A stretch of DNA of 64,000 bases from Paraspadella gotoi (Eukaryota; Animalia; Chaetognatha). The stretch spans positions 3,013,562-3,077,561 of the forward strand of contig CM119270.1 in NCBI GenBank assembly GCA_051294375.1, in the 5' to 3' direction. The notes below the pieces were generated by a model. The model made no database searches, had not been told where the DNA came from, and saw nothing but the letters and a program-made list of their open reading frames with translations. Made by a program: the position numbers and the translations under genes. How positions within the stretch are numbered: position 1 is the stretch's first letter; each line of letters starts with the position of its first letter. Positions 63,791-64,000 of this stretch are shown here, one piece after another.

Positions 63791-64000
63791 CTTGAGGGAG
63801 AAGTGATTTCTTGCCCAAGGTCGATCTCCAATCCCGAGAAAGAAGGAGAAGAAGGCGATGGAATGAGAAGCGGAAGGAGAGAAAGAAAATAAAAAGAAGA
63901 AGAAAAAGAGGAAGCGAAAAAAAAGGGTAATAAAATCGCTACTAAAACCTCGTTGCGAAACCCTTTCCTTTCCTTTCCTTTCCTTTCCTTTCCTTTCCTT

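Overview
AT-rich animal (invertebrate-like) nuclear scaffold from a gapped draft assembly. It is saturated with (GA)n/(GTC)n/(ATT)n microsatellites, minisatellites and MITE-like repeats, and several stretches look like uncorrected long-read gap fill. Most ORFs in the supplied track are repeat or N-run artefacts. Supported content: (1) a five-exon minus-strand Kelch-repeat gene (15579-20187) with an unusual duplicated N-terminal domain, one in-frame TGA and a tandemly amplified splice donor. (2) A decayed Polinton/Maverick (adintovirus-like) endogenous element (~26.3-34.8 kb) with an A32/FtsK packaging ATPase interrupted by a spliceosomal intron, two conserved Polinton ORFs, a DDE integrase with a chromodomain-like tail and a probable penton. 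No pPolB, major capsid or protease is visible, and the left end is an array of 18-bp palindromes. (3) The first coding exon of a class IA PI3K p110 subunit (48209-48574, frameshifted). (4) A dispersed short repeat carrying a circularly permuted twister-like ribozyme, plus two hammerhead-like motifs. (5) A ~4 kb fold-back duplication that is probably an assembly artefact but reveals a RING-H2 coding segment. All identifications come from manual reading and recalled family motifs; no searches were run.
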